This document shows, one piece after another, positions 36,922 to 45,908 of a DNA stretch of 64,000 nucleotides. The number at the start of each line of letters is the position of its first letter. Position 1 is the first letter of the stretch. This DNA is from an uncultured Bacteroidales bacterium (GTDB lineage: Bacteria > Bacteroidota > Bacteroidia > Bacteroidales > UBA10428). The notes under the pieces are model-generated. The model worked only from the letters and a program-made list of their open reading frames with translations. It ran no database searches and was not told where the DNA came from. Both the position numbers and the translations under genes were made by a program. The DNA is taken from positions 17,975 through 81,974 of the forward strand of contig CAYTNC010000001.1 of NCBI GenBank assembly GCA_964438935.1, read 5' to 3'.

Positions 36922-37260
36922 ATGAAACACAAAAAACGTGATGGTATTGTATATTCCACAAATCCTGATTTTCAATACCGGAATGATGAAATTGCGGAAT
37001 CAGAAACCCTGCCGGCAGATCGCCAGCTTCTTTACATCTGGCTTGAGTCAAAGGGAAGAAAGGGCAAAACGGTTACGCTTGTAAAAGGTTTTGTGGGTAA
37101 AACGGATGATCTTGAGGCGCTCGCGGTGGAAATAAAAAAATCATGCGGTACGGGAGGGGCTGTAAAAGATCGGGAAATTGTCATTCAGGGTGATTTCAGG
37201 GACAAGATTGTACTTTTCCTGTTGAAAAAGGGATATAAAACCAAAAAGGCCGGGGGATAA
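36922..37260 (+). CDS. yciH: SUI1/eIF1-family translation initiation factor homologue (YciH-like)
   Basis: 112 aa. The SUI1 core ESKGRKGKTVTLVKGF ... LKKSCGTGGAVKD ... IQGDFRDKI matches the YciH pattern. Confidence 0.7.
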   Translation: MKHKKRDGIVYSTNPDFQYRNDEIAESETLPADRQLLYIWLESKGRKGKTVTLVKGFVGKTDDLEALAVEIKKSCGTGGAVKDREIVIQGDFRDKIVLFLLKKGYKTKKAGG

Positions 37261-37272
37261 AGGGCTGTTTTT

Positions 37273-39648
37273 ATGATCAGGCTTTCAAAAAAAGAAGATA
37301 TAATTAATTGGCTATTAAAATATAAATACATTGTAGTTGTATTTATACTATTATTAGCAGGTTATATTCATTTAATAAATAAACCATTATTTAACGATCC
37401 TTATTCAACGGTCGTTATGGACTGCAATGGCCGGTTAATGGGTGCCCGGGCAGCCAGGGATGGACAGTGGCGGTTCCAAAGCAGAAATGACTTGCCTGAG
37501 AAAGTGAAATGGGCTACAATAGCTTTTGAGGACAGATATTTTTACCGGCATCCCGGGGTGAATCCGGTTTCAATTGTTAAAGCCGCCTTCAGAAATCTGA
37601 AAGCCGGGAGCATTGTCAGCGGAGCAAGCACCATTACCATGCAAACTATCAGGCTGTCGCGAAAGGGTAAGCCCCGCAGTGCATGGGAAAAGCTGGTTGA
37701 AAGCGTGATGGCCACCCGCCTTGAATTGGGATTTTCAAAAAATGAGATTCTGGCTTTTTATTTGGCCCATGCTCCATATGGTGGCAATGTGGTTGGAGCA
37801 GAAGCAGCTTCCTGGCGGTATTTTGGAGTTGCAGGCAAAGATTTGTCATGGGCGGAAGCGGCAACTCTGGCCGTACTTCCCAACTCACCCTCCCTGATTC
37901 ATCCGGGAAGGAACCGGGAGCTTCTGCTCAAAAAGAGAAATTTGCTTTTGGCAAAATTATGCAAACTTCAATGGATCGACAGTACCACACTGAGTTTGTC
38001 ACTGGCAGAACCTATCCCGGAGCGACCTTCGGCAATGCCCAGGCTGGCTCCCCATTTGCTCGACAGGTGTTGCAGGGAGCATCAGGGGGAGGTTGTTTTT
38101 ACCACCTTGTCAGCATCCTTACAGGAACAAGCCTCAGGAATAATAAATCAACATCATATTAAATTAAAGTATAATGAAATAAACAATATAGCTGCAGTTA
38201 TACTTGAAGTAGAAACAGGTAATATATTGACCTATATTGGAAATACAACAAATCAAATTTCCGATTCACACGGCAATGAGGTAGATGTGATTGCTGCACC
38301 CAGAAGTACCGGGAGCCTGCTAAAGCCATTGTTGTACGCAGCCATGCTTGACGACGGGAAAATTCTTCCAGGTAGTCTGGTTCCGGATATACCTGTTAAT
38401 TTGGGTGGATTTTCTCCTCAAAATTTCAGTGGCCAGTTTGAAGGTGCCCTACCTGCCAGCAGGGCGTTATCCAGGTCGTTGAATGTTCCGGCTGTTGACT
38501 TGCTTAAACAATATGGAGTTCAGCGCTTTCATCATCTTTTGCGTGATTTGGGCATGGAAACGATTAAAAAACCGGCAGACTATTACGGGTTGTCATTGAT
38601 TTTAGGCGGAGCTGAAGGAACTCTTGAAGAAATGAGCAATATCTATGCTTCTTTATCACGCGTTCTAAATCATTATGGGCAAAAGGGGTTATATTATCCT
38701 GAAGATTACCGGAGGGCGGGTTATGTTACCGATAAGAATGCTAAAAGGTCTGGAGGTAACGACCAGCACGGATATCTGAGTGCTGCAGCCATATGGTTTG
38801 CCTATCAGGCAATGATTGAGGTAAACCGACCAGATGAAGAAGCCGGCTGGAACCGCTTTCTTTCGGCACGAAAGATTGCATGGAAAACAGGAACCAGTTT
38901 TGGATACCGCGATGGATGGGCAATTGGTACTTCATCGGCTTATGTTGTTGGCGTATGGGTTGGCAATGCCGATGGAGAGGGGAGGCCCGGACTCACCGGA
39001 ATAGGCACTGCCGCGCCAATACTGTTTGACCTGTTCAGTCTGCTTCCTGCTGCAGATGCTTTTGTATCTCCAACAGATGAACTTGTAACAGCCGGTATAT
39101 GTAAAACCAGCGGCTTTTTGGCGGGTGACAATTGCCCCGATCGCAGGGAAGAGAAAGTACAGGTTTATGGTTTGAAATCTCCTTTATGTCCTTTTCACAA
39201 AGTAGTGCACCTGACTGAAGACGGACAGTACCGGGTAAATGGCAATTGTTATCCGGTGCGTAAAATGCAACATGTTTCCTGGTTTGTTTTACCGCCTGTT
39301 CAGGAATGGTACTACAAAAAACACCATACTGATTACAGGCTGCTGCCGCCTTACCACATCAATTGTCAGCCTGATAACCAGCGATCAATGGACATGATTT
39401 ATCCCCGTGAGGAAGTTCAGATTTTTATACCCCGGACACTTGATGGCAGCAAGGGAAGGGTAGTTTTTGAAGCGGTTCATACAAATCCGAATGCCTTTAT
39501 TTACTGGCATCTTGATGATCAGTTTGTAACGGTAACCAGGTATATACACCAGGTGGAATTGCTGCCCGCACCCGGCAGGCACAGGCTGGTGCTCGTTGAC
39601 GACAGAGGGGAGGAGTTGGTCAGGAGTTTCGAGGCGGTGGAGCCATAA
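37273..39648 (+). CDS. pbpC: penicillin-binding protein 1C (bifunctional glycosyltransferase/transpeptidase-like)
   Basis: N-terminal TM. GT51 motifs (AFEDRYFYRHPGVNP, GASTITMQ, RKxxE region). Transpeptidase SxxK (RSTGSLLKP) and KTGT (WKTGTS). The extended C-terminal domain is typical of PBP1C. 791 aa. Confidence 0.8.
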   Translation: MIRLSKKEDIINWLLKYKYIVVVFILLLAGYIHLINKPLFNDPYSTVVMDCNGRLMGARAARDGQWRFQSRNDLPEKVKWATIAFEDRYFYRHPGVNPVSIVKAAFRNLKAGSIVSGASTITMQTIRLSRKGKPRSAWEKLVESVMATRLELGFSKNEILAFYLAHAPYGGNVVGAEAASWRYFGVAGKDLSWAEAATLAVLPNSPSLIHPGRNRELLLKKRNLLLAKLCKLQWIDSTTLSLSLAEPIPERPSAMPRLAPHLLDRCCREHQGEVVFTTLSASLQEQASGIINQHHIKLKYNEINNIAAVILEVETGNILTYIGNTTNQISDSHGNEVDVIAAPRSTGSLLKPLLYAAMLDDGKILPGSLVPDIPVNLGGFSPQNFSGQFEGALPASRALSRSLNVPAVDLLKQYGVQRFHHLLRDLGMETIKKPADYYGLSLILGGAEGTLEEMSNIYASLSRVLNHYGQKGLYYPEDYRRAGYVTDKNAKRSGGNDQHGYLSAAAIWFAYQAMIEVNRPDEEAGWNRFLSARKIAWKTGTSFGYRDGWAIGTSSAYVVGVWVGNADGEGRPGLTGIGTAAPILFDLFSLLPAADAFVSPTDELVTAGICKTSGFLAGDNCPDRREEKVQVYGLKSPLCPFHKVVHLTEDGQYRVNGNCYPVRKMQHVSWFVLPPVQEWYYKKHHTDYRLLPPYHINCQPDNQRSMDMIYPREEVQIFIPRTLDGSKGRVVFEAVHTNPNAFIYWHLDDQFVTVTRYIHQVELLPAPGRHRLVLVDDRGEELVRSFEAVEP

Positions 39649-40150
39649 TATACCTCCAGGGCATGCTTTTCCACGGTTCCTGGGCATAATCAATCCCAAA
39701 CCGAGGTGTCCGGTTAATAACGGGTTTCTGATTCCGGTCCTCAATCCATATCCTTTCTGATGTAGCCAGGTTTTCTCCGTAAAAAGAGTGATCAATATGC
39801 AGGGCCCGGGTAATTTTGCCGGGGCCGTCAAAACCGGCTATTCCCCTGATGAGTATAGCCTGAGGCTGGTCATGTTGCCCGGTAACGAAATTAAGCATCC
39901 AGTGCATGCCATAAATCAGATAAACATATATCAGTCCGCCCTGATCAAACATGATTGCGTTCCGGGCAGTTTTACCGAACCGGGCATGTGAAGCCTTATC
40001 TTCGATACCGAGATAGGCTTCTACTTCCGTAATAGTATGGGACGTAATTCCTTCGTTATCTTTCCTCACCAGTGCTTTACCAACCAGATCAGGTGCAACC
40101 ATTAATGCATCCCTGTAAAAATAGCTCCTGTCCAGCCGCATAGGCAGCAT
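39620..40150 (-). CDS. mpg: DNA-3-methyladenine glycosylase (MPG/AAG family)
   Basis: MPG-family pattern FYRDALMVAPDLVGKALV ... ITEVEAYLG..D.ASHA ... GGLIYVYLIYGMHWMLNFV. 176 aa. The 3' end overlaps the pbpC 3' end convergently by 29 nt. Confidence 0.8.
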   Translation of the reverse strand: MLPMRLDRSYFYRDALMVAPDLVGKALVRKDNEGITSHTITEVEAYLGIEDKASHARFGKTARNAIMFDQGGLIYVYLIYGMHWMLNFVTGQHDQPQAILIRGIAGFDGPGKITRALHIDHSFYGENLATSERIWIEDRNQKPVINRTPRFGIDYAQEPWKSMPWRYIMAPPPRNS

Positions 40151-40152
40151 AC

Positions 40153-41205
40153 TTAAATGATCAGCATGGCATCGCCATAGGTGCCAAAATGATATTTTTC
40201 CTTAATGGCTAATTTGTAGGATTCAAAAAGCAGTTCATACCCGGCAAAGGCTGAAACCATCATGAGCAAGGTAGACAGAGGAAGATGAAAATTGGAAATC
40301 ATTCTTGTGGGCACACTGAATTCATAAGGCGGAAAAATAAACTTGTTGGTCCATCCGTCATAGGGCTTCAGATGACCGGCTGTTGAAACAGAGCTTTCCA
40401 GCGTTCGAAGCACGGTAGTCCCAACGGCGCATACGTGTTTGTGAGCGTCTTTTGCAGCGTTAACCATATTGGAAGCTTCCTCTCCAACAATGATCCGTTC
40501 GGAGTCCATCTTATGCTTGGTCAGATCTTCCACATCCACTGTTCTAAAATTTCCAAGGCCCACGTGTAAGGTAATTTCGGCAAAATGAGAACCTTTTATT
40601 TCGAGTCTTTTAAGCAATTCGCGGCTGAAATGAAGTCCGGCTGTAGGCGCAGCAACGGCTCCTTCGTGTTTGGCGAAGATGGTCTGGTACCTGTCGCGGT
40701 CCTCGGGTTGCACTGCCCTTTTAATAAACTTGGGCAAAGGCGTTTCACCCAGCTTGAAAAGGGTTTTCTTAAATTCGTCATAATCACCATCAAACAAGAA
40801 TCTGAGTGTACGACCTCTTGAGGTAGTGTTATCAATTACTTCGGCAACAAGGGTTTCGTCGTCATCCCCAAAATACAGCTTGTTCCCGATCCTTATTTTC
40901 CGGGCCGGATCAACCAGCACATCCCACAGTCGTTGTTCCCTGTTTAGCTCACGCAGTAAAAATACTTCTATTTCCGCCCCTGTTTTTTCCTTGTTCCCGT
41001 AAAGCCTTGCTGGGAAAACTTTGGTGTTGTTTACAACAAATACATCACCCTCATCAAAATAATCAATGATGTCCCTGAAGATCTTGTGATGGATCTTTCC
41101 CGTGCTCCGGTCTACAACCATCAGCTTGGATTCATCACGCTTGTCGGCCGGATATTTCGCAATCAGGTCATCCGGTAAATTGTACTTATATTGTGAAAGT
41201 TTCAT
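40153..41205 (-). CDS. queA: S-adenosylmethionine:tRNA ribosyltransferase-isomerase
   Basis: N-terminal [39 protein letters not shown], and a C-terminal [10 protein letters not shown]. 350 aa. Confidence 0.9.
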   Translation of the reverse strand: MKLSQYKYNLPDDLIAKYPADKRDESKLMVVDRSTGKIHHKIFRDIIDYFDEGDVFVVNNTKVFPARLYGNKEKTGAEIEVFLLRELNREQRLWDVLVDPARKIRIGNKLYFGDDDETLVAEVIDNTTSRGRTLRFLFDGDYDEFKKTLFKLGETPLPKFIKRAVQPEDRDRYQTIFAKHEGAVAAPTAGLHFSRELLKRLEIKGSHFAEITLHVGLGNFRTVDVEDLTKHKMDSERIIVGEEASNMVNAAKDAHKHVCAVGTTVLRTLESSVSTAGHLKPYDGWTNKFIFPPYEFSVPTRMISNFHLPLSTLLMMVSAFAGYELLFESYKLAIKEKYHFGTYGDAMLII

Positions 41206-41267
41206 GTGTTTGTTAGTGAAGTCTGTTTAGACATAAACCTAGAAAATACGATTACAAGAAAAAAAGG

Positions 41268-41972
41268 TTACAAAAAAACAAAATTTCTTTCAAATTCTTC
41301 AATATTTAGCGCATCCTTTATCAAAAAATTACCAATTGCTGTTCGGATAAGGCCTGACAAATAAGCACCCGAATTTAGGCTAACCCCAAGATCCCTTGCC
41401 AGGGCTCTGATATAAGTTCCTTTGCTGCAGGTAACACGGAACTCAACTACAGGAAGCTGGAAGGAAATCAAAGAAATATCGTGTATGGTGATTTCCCGAG
41501 GCTGAAGTTCCAGGGTTTCTCCTTTACGGGCCAACTTGTAGGCACGGGTTCCATTCACAAACCTTGCTGAGAAATCAGGAGGCATCTGCATTTGTGTGCC
41601 CACAAAGCTGTTGAGTTTTTCCCTGACAAGGGTTTCATCGATATGATCGATGGGGAAAGTATGATCTACTGAAGTCTCCAAATCGTATGACGGAGTGGTA
41701 GCTCCAAGGTGAACCTTAACCTGGTATTCTTTCGACTGTGCCTGATAGGTATCGATATTCCGGGTTTCTTTTCCTGTGCATACGATCAGTAAGCCTGTGG
41801 CAAGCGGATCAAGGGTACCGGCATGCCCGACCTTAATCTTTTTCAACTGCAACTGGTGTTTGAATATGGTCTTAACCTTGTTGACCAGGTCAAAGGAGGT
41901 CCAATAAAGAGGTTTGTTGAATAACAGCACCTTGCCGTTAAGCATCTCATCAGCTAAGGTGATTTGATTCAT
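41268..41972 (-). CDS. truB: tRNA pseudouridine(55) synthase
   Basis: Catalytic Asp motif KVGHAGTLDPLATGLLIVC and the motif GTYIRALARDLG. 234 aa. Confidence 0.9.
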   Translation of the reverse strand: MNQITLADEMLNGKVLLFNKPLYWTSFDLVNKVKTIFKHQLQLKKIKVGHAGTLDPLATGLLIVCTGKETRNIDTYQAQSKEYQVKVHLGATTPSYDLETSVDHTFPIDHIDETLVREKLNSFVGTQMQMPPDFSARFVNGTRAYKLARKGETLELQPREITIHDISLISFQLPVVEFRVTCSKGTYIRALARDLGVSLNSGAYLSGLIRTAIGNFLIKDALNIEEFERNFVFL

Positions 41973-41995
41973 CTAATAAAGTAACAATAAGTTAT

Positions 41996-42271
41996 TCAGA
42001 CGTTTTGTGAATCTTTGGGTTTTTTCATTATTGCCCAGATTTCAAAAGCAAAACCAAACAATACCAGCAAAGGGGCAAGCGTTATCCGGCGGAAACTAAA
42101 AATCTCTTCACCGTTAAATACACTGGGATCATCTGATTTTCCACCTATCATGAGCAGAAAGCCCACAATGATGATCACGAACCCGATGAGCAGTAAGAGG
42201 TAATTTTCTTTACCGAGTGCAAATCCCGGAGTTGATTCTTTCACATCTGGTTTTTTTGCCATAATGTTCAT
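41996..42271 (-). CDS. DUF3098-like small two-TM membrane protein
   Basis: 91 aa with two hydrophobic helices (YLLLLIGFVIIIVGFLLMIGG; LAPLLVLFGFAFEIWAI). The position between ftsX and truB is the usual Bacteroidota context for DUF3098. Confidence 0.5.
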   Translation of the reverse strand: MNIMAKKPDVKESTPGFALGKENYLLLLIGFVIIIVGFLLMIGGKSDDPSVFNGEEIFSFRRITLAPLLVLFGFAFEIWAIMKKPKDSQNV

Positions 42272-42272
42272 G

Positions 42273-43157
42273 TTAAGTATATAAATTATCTTTTTTCATA
42301 TTCAGGTACTTGTTCACCGAGAAGTACGTGGAAATCAATGCAATTAATAATCCTGTGATCAGGATAAGGCCAAAGACCATACCCAGAATCTGAAGATCCT
42401 GGAAACTGAACAAACCTTCAAGTTGTTTTTCAATGATGTAAATAGCTGCAGAAAGCAACACGATTGCAAATAGTGCGGCCACAAGTCCCTGAGATACACC
42501 TCTGATCAGGAACGGCCGCCTGATAACCCGGTTATGCGCACCAACCAGTTGCATGGTACGGATAATGAAACGTTTGGAATACACGGTAAGCCTTATGGTG
42601 TTGGAAATAAGGGTAACAGCAATGAAAAACAACAGCACGCTGAGCATCAGAATGGACATGCTGATCTTATTGATATTCAGGTTAACAGCATATATCAGAT
42701 CTTTCTGGTAGGATATATCGGCAACCTGGGTATAGGCCAACCACTCTTTTTGCAGTATGGCAAAGCTGTCGGGATTGGCATATTCAGCGTGCAGTTTAAC
42801 ATCAATGGAAGAGGGCAGGGGGTTATATCCCAGAAAATCAACAAAATCTTCGCCCAATTCCTTTTGGTATTCTTCAGCAGCTTTTTCCCGGGTAATATAA
42901 CGGGTTTCTTTTACACATTTCTTGGCATCGAGCATTTTCTGGAGGCTGAAGATATCCACTTCACGGGCATCGTCTTTCAGATACACTGAAATACCTATAT
43001 TTTCCTTGACATAATTGGAAAGCTTACGGGCATTCAGAATTAAAATGCCGGCAATGCCCAGCAGGAAAAGAACCAGGGTGATACTTACCACGGAAGTAAA
43101 GTAGGATGTGGTTAACCGACGCCTTATGGTATTGTCTTTTACCTGCATGAAAATCAA
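42273..43157 (-). CDS. ftsX: cell division protein FtsX-like permease
   Basis: One N-terminal TM, an extracytoplasmic domain, then three C-terminal TMs with an FtsX-type segment (RTMQLVGAHNRVIRRPFLIRG). 294 aa. No adjacent ftsE in the window. Confidence 0.7.
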   Translation of the reverse strand: MIFMQVKDNTIRRRLTTSYFTSVVSITLVLFLLGIAGILILNARKLSNYVKENIGISVYLKDDAREVDIFSLQKMLDAKKCVKETRYITREKAAEEYQKELGEDFVDFLGYNPLPSSIDVKLHAEYANPDSFAILQKEWLAYTQVADISYQKDLIYAVNLNINKISMSILMLSVLLFFIAVTLISNTIRLTVYSKRFIIRTMQLVGAHNRVIRRPFLIRGVSQGLVAALFAIVLLSAAIYIIEKQLEGLFSFQDLQILGMVFGLILITGLLIALISTYFSVNKYLNMKKDNLYT

Positions 43158-43187
43158 TATATACCGGAGTTCATTTGAAGATAAATG

Positions 43188-44204
43188 TTAAACAAATTCA
43201 ACCCATCCATAGGGATCCGGTTCGTCGCCGTTTTGGATGGCTACCAGTTTGTTATACAGTTTGGTAGATACCGGTCCTGGTTTGCCGTCTTTACAATAAT
43301 CATAGATGATATTCGTATCCGGATCCATTATTTTGCGAATGGGTGTAATAACAGCTGCCGTACCGCATTCACCAACTTCCTCAAATGAGGCCAGCTCCTC
43401 AATGGGTACCTGCCGGCGTTCAACAGTGAGCCCCATATCTTTGGCCAGTTGTTGAATACACATGTTGGTGATTGACGGGAGAATGGAATTTGATTTGGGT
43501 GTAATGTAGGTATTGTTTTTAATGCCAAAAAAATTGGCGGGTCCGGCTTCATCAATATATTTCTTTTCCTTGGGATCCAGATAAAGCGAGGTAGCATAGC
43601 CTTTGCTTTGGGCCAGCTCCAATGAGGCGAGGCTGGCGGCATAGTTACCTCCGACTTTGAAACAACCCGTTCCCAGAGGTGCTGCGCGGTCATACCCCCG
43701 GCATACCATAACATCAATGGGCTTGAATCCATCTTTAAAATACGGACCAACCGGGGTAACAAAAACCATGAAAAGATATTCCTTTGCCGGTTTCACGCCC
43801 ACCTCGGCACCTGAACCTATCAGGAGCGGCCTGATGTATAATGAAGCACCAAAACCATGAGGAGGTATGAATTGCTCATTCAGTTTTATGGCAGTAAAAA
43901 CTGCCTTTTTGAAAAGTTCAACAGGAACAGTGGCCATTCTGATTCCTTCAGCCGTGTCATGCATTCGTTTGGCATTGGCTTCACAACGGAAAACCCTGAT
44001 CTTACCATCTTTACCCCTGAAAGCCTTCAGGCCTTCAAATGCCTCTTGTCCATAGTGCAGGCTGGTAGCAGCCATATGCAGGTTGATGTATTCTGAGGAG
44101 GTAGTTTCAAGTTCGCCCCATTTACCATCGCGATAATAACAACGTACATTGTAATCGGTCTTTACGTAGCCAAAAGGCAAGTTCTTCCAGTCGAAATTTT
44201 TCAT
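43188..44204 (-). CDS. ilvE: branched-chain amino acid aminotransferase
   Basis: Class IV aminotransferase pattern LHYGQEAFEGLKAFR, with the PLP-lysine context FKVGGNYAASL. 338 aa. A minus-strand TATTTTTG (-7-type) motif lies at 44230-44237. Confidence 0.9.
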   Translation of the reverse strand: MKNFDWKNLPFGYVKTDYNVRCYYRDGKWGELETTSSEYINLHMAATSLHYGQEAFEGLKAFRGKDGKIRVFRCEANAKRMHDTAEGIRMATVPVELFKKAVFTAIKLNEQFIPPHGFGASLYIRPLLIGSGAEVGVKPAKEYLFMVFVTPVGPYFKDGFKPIDVMVCRGYDRAAPLGTGCFKVGGNYAASLASLELAQSKGYATSLYLDPKEKKYIDEAGPANFFGIKNNTYITPKSNSILPSITNMCIQQLAKDMGLTVERRQVPIEELASFEEVGECGTAAVITPIRKIMDPDTNIIYDYCKDGKPGPVSTKLYNKLVAIQNGDEPDPYGWVEFV

Positions 44205-44357
44205 AGTGAGAATTATTCTGATTCGGCTTCAAAAATAGGTATTTCGTATGGAACAACAAATTGCCTGCTGTTATATTACCATAATTTTTATTCTTTTTTT
44301 ACCTGATATTCAAAATAAAGAAATAATTTTATAGTTTAAAGAATAAAACCAGCATAA

Positions 44358-45194
44358 ATGGAACACGAGAAAAATTTGATTATGGTAACATGGGACTTTA
44401 CCGAAAAGAACGTGTTTGCCATAGAACATGCAGTACAAATGTCATCCATGTTTAAGGGTGAAATAGCAGTGGTTCACATTGTCAAAAAAGATCAGGAAAT
44501 TGAGGAAGCCAAAAAGAAAATGGCTGAGGATGTCCGGAAAAGATTTCCCGATCCCTCGCTGAATTTCTCCTATGTAGTTCGTAGTGGTTCAATTTTCCAC
44601 ACCATTGGTGAGCTTTCAGCTGAGCTGAACGCCATTATGGTAGTTATGGGAACACACGGCATGACCGGTATGCAGAAATTCCTGGGAAGTTGGGCCCTTA
44701 AAGTGATTGCCAGTTCAAAAGCACCATTTATCGTGGTCCAGGAGTCGCCAAAAAGCGAAGCTATGAAAAATGTTGTACTCCCTATTAACTTTAAAAGAGA
44801 GACCAAGGAATGTGTTTCGTGGACCAATTTCTTCTCCAAGAAATTCGGAACCAAATTCCACCTGTTCAGGGCTAAATATGTCGACAATAATTTCAGGAAA
44901 GGACTTGATTCAAATATGTTTTTTATTACCAAGTACTTCGCCAGCAAGGCTGTTAATTTCGAAGCGCATATAGCCAGCGGTGAAGAAGATTTAGGTAAAG
45001 AAACCATTCAGTACGCTAAAAGTATTGATGCGGATGCCATTATGCTGATGACAACCCGCGACATCGGATTTACAGATTATGTAATGGGCGCTCAGGAACA
45101 ATACATTATTGCTAACAGCGAAAGAATACCGGTGATTTGCATTAATCCCAGGCCGACTAAAAATATCGGAGGTTTTAGTGCCAGTGGAGGTTGA
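44358..45194 (+). CDS. tandem-domain universal stress protein (UspA family)
   Basis: Two Usp-like halves, the first with VVMGTHGMTGMQKFLGSWALKVI. 278 aa. Confidence 0.75.
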   Translation: MEHEKNLIMVTWDFTEKNVFAIEHAVQMSSMFKGEIAVVHIVKKDQEIEEAKKKMAEDVRKRFPDPSLNFSYVVRSGSIFHTIGELSAELNAIMVVMGTHGMTGMQKFLGSWALKVIASSKAPFIVVQESPKSEAMKNVVLPINFKRETKECVSWTNFFSKKFGTKFHLFRAKYVDNNFRKGLDSNMFFITKYFASKAVNFEAHIASGEEDLGKETIQYAKSIDADAIMLMTTRDIGFTDYVMGAQEQYIIANSERIPVICINPRPTKNIGGFSASGG

Positions 45195-45226
45195 TACAAT
45201 GAATAGTCAGCTATTTCAGATATTTC

Positions 45227-45259
45227 AAAAACAAGGGTAATTCCTTGTTTTTGTTTTTT
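45227..45259 (+). terminator. intrinsic terminator downstream of the usp gene
   Basis: AAAAACAAGG (45227-45236) pairs with CCTTGTTTTT (45243-45252) across a 6-nt loop, followed by GTTTTTT. Confidence 0.75.
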
Positions 45260-45290
45260 ATAAAAAAGAACAACCGAACAACAATCTTAC

Positions 45291-45896
45291 ATGAACAATA
45301 AGAAACCCCGACTGGTGTTTGCTACCAATAATAAGCATAAATTTGATGAGATCAGACAGGTCATCGGAAACAACATTGATTTGTTAAGTCTCAGTGATAT
45401 TGGTTTTTCAGAAGAGATACCTGAAGAAAAAGACACATTGGAAGGGAATGCGGCTCAAAAAGCAATGCATATTTATAACCGGTTCGGATTAAATTGTTTT
45501 GCCGATGACACTGGTTTGGAAATAGAAGCGCTGCATGGTGAGCCGGGTGTCTATTCGGCCCGGTACGCCGGACCTTCCTGCTCTTTTGAAGAGAATATGA
45601 ACCTGGTGCTTCAGAGAATGAAAGGAATAAATAACAGAAAAGCACGGTTCAGAACAGTGATCGCGCTGGTTGAAAATGGGAACATGGTTGCATTTAAAGG
45701 AGAAATACAGGGAATCATTACCTCAGAAAAGAGGGGTGAAAGAGGATTCGGGTATGATCCGATTTTTATTCCCGATGGTTTTGATACTACTTTTGCTCAA
45801 ATGACCCTTGAAGAAAAGAACACCATTTCGCACAGAGCCATAGCCATTGAGGCATTTGCACGCCATTTCCGGGAAAGGCAAGTTGACCAGGAGTAA
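45291..45896 (+). CDS. rdgB: non-canonical purine NTP pyrophosphatase (RdgB/HAM1 family)
   Basis: Motifs VFATNNKHKFDEI, DTGLEIEALHGEPGVYSARY, RGERGFGYDPIF and ISHRA. Confidence 0.9.
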   Translation: MNNKKPRLVFATNNKHKFDEIRQVIGNNIDLLSLSDIGFSEEIPEEKDTLEGNAAQKAMHIYNRFGLNCFADDTGLEIEALHGEPGVYSARYAGPSCSFEENMNLVLQRMKGINNRKARFRTVIALVENGNMVAFKGEIQGIITSEKRGERGFGYDPIFIPDGFDTTFAQMTLEEKNTISHRAIAIEAFARHFRERQVDQE

Positions 45897-45908
45897 TTTA
45901 GTGCTGCT

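Noticed and set aside
36790-36975. A 62-codon N-terminal extension of the DUF2723 ORF.
   Set aside because: It is low-complexity F/I/L/N-rich sequence that overlaps the divergent yciH gene. The internal ATG at 36789 immediately precedes the first TM and the conserved block.
37273-40150. GC-rich patches in pbpC and mpg suggesting horizontal acquisition. My hand counts gave 37/60 at 37441-37500 and 36/60 at 38941-39000, against 19/60 at 8341-8400.
   Set aside because: The signal is patchy: 38161-38220 is only 15/60. I cannot compute windowed GC or codon statistics here, and no flanking mobility genes or repeats were seen. A GC/GC-skew and k-mer scan would settle it.
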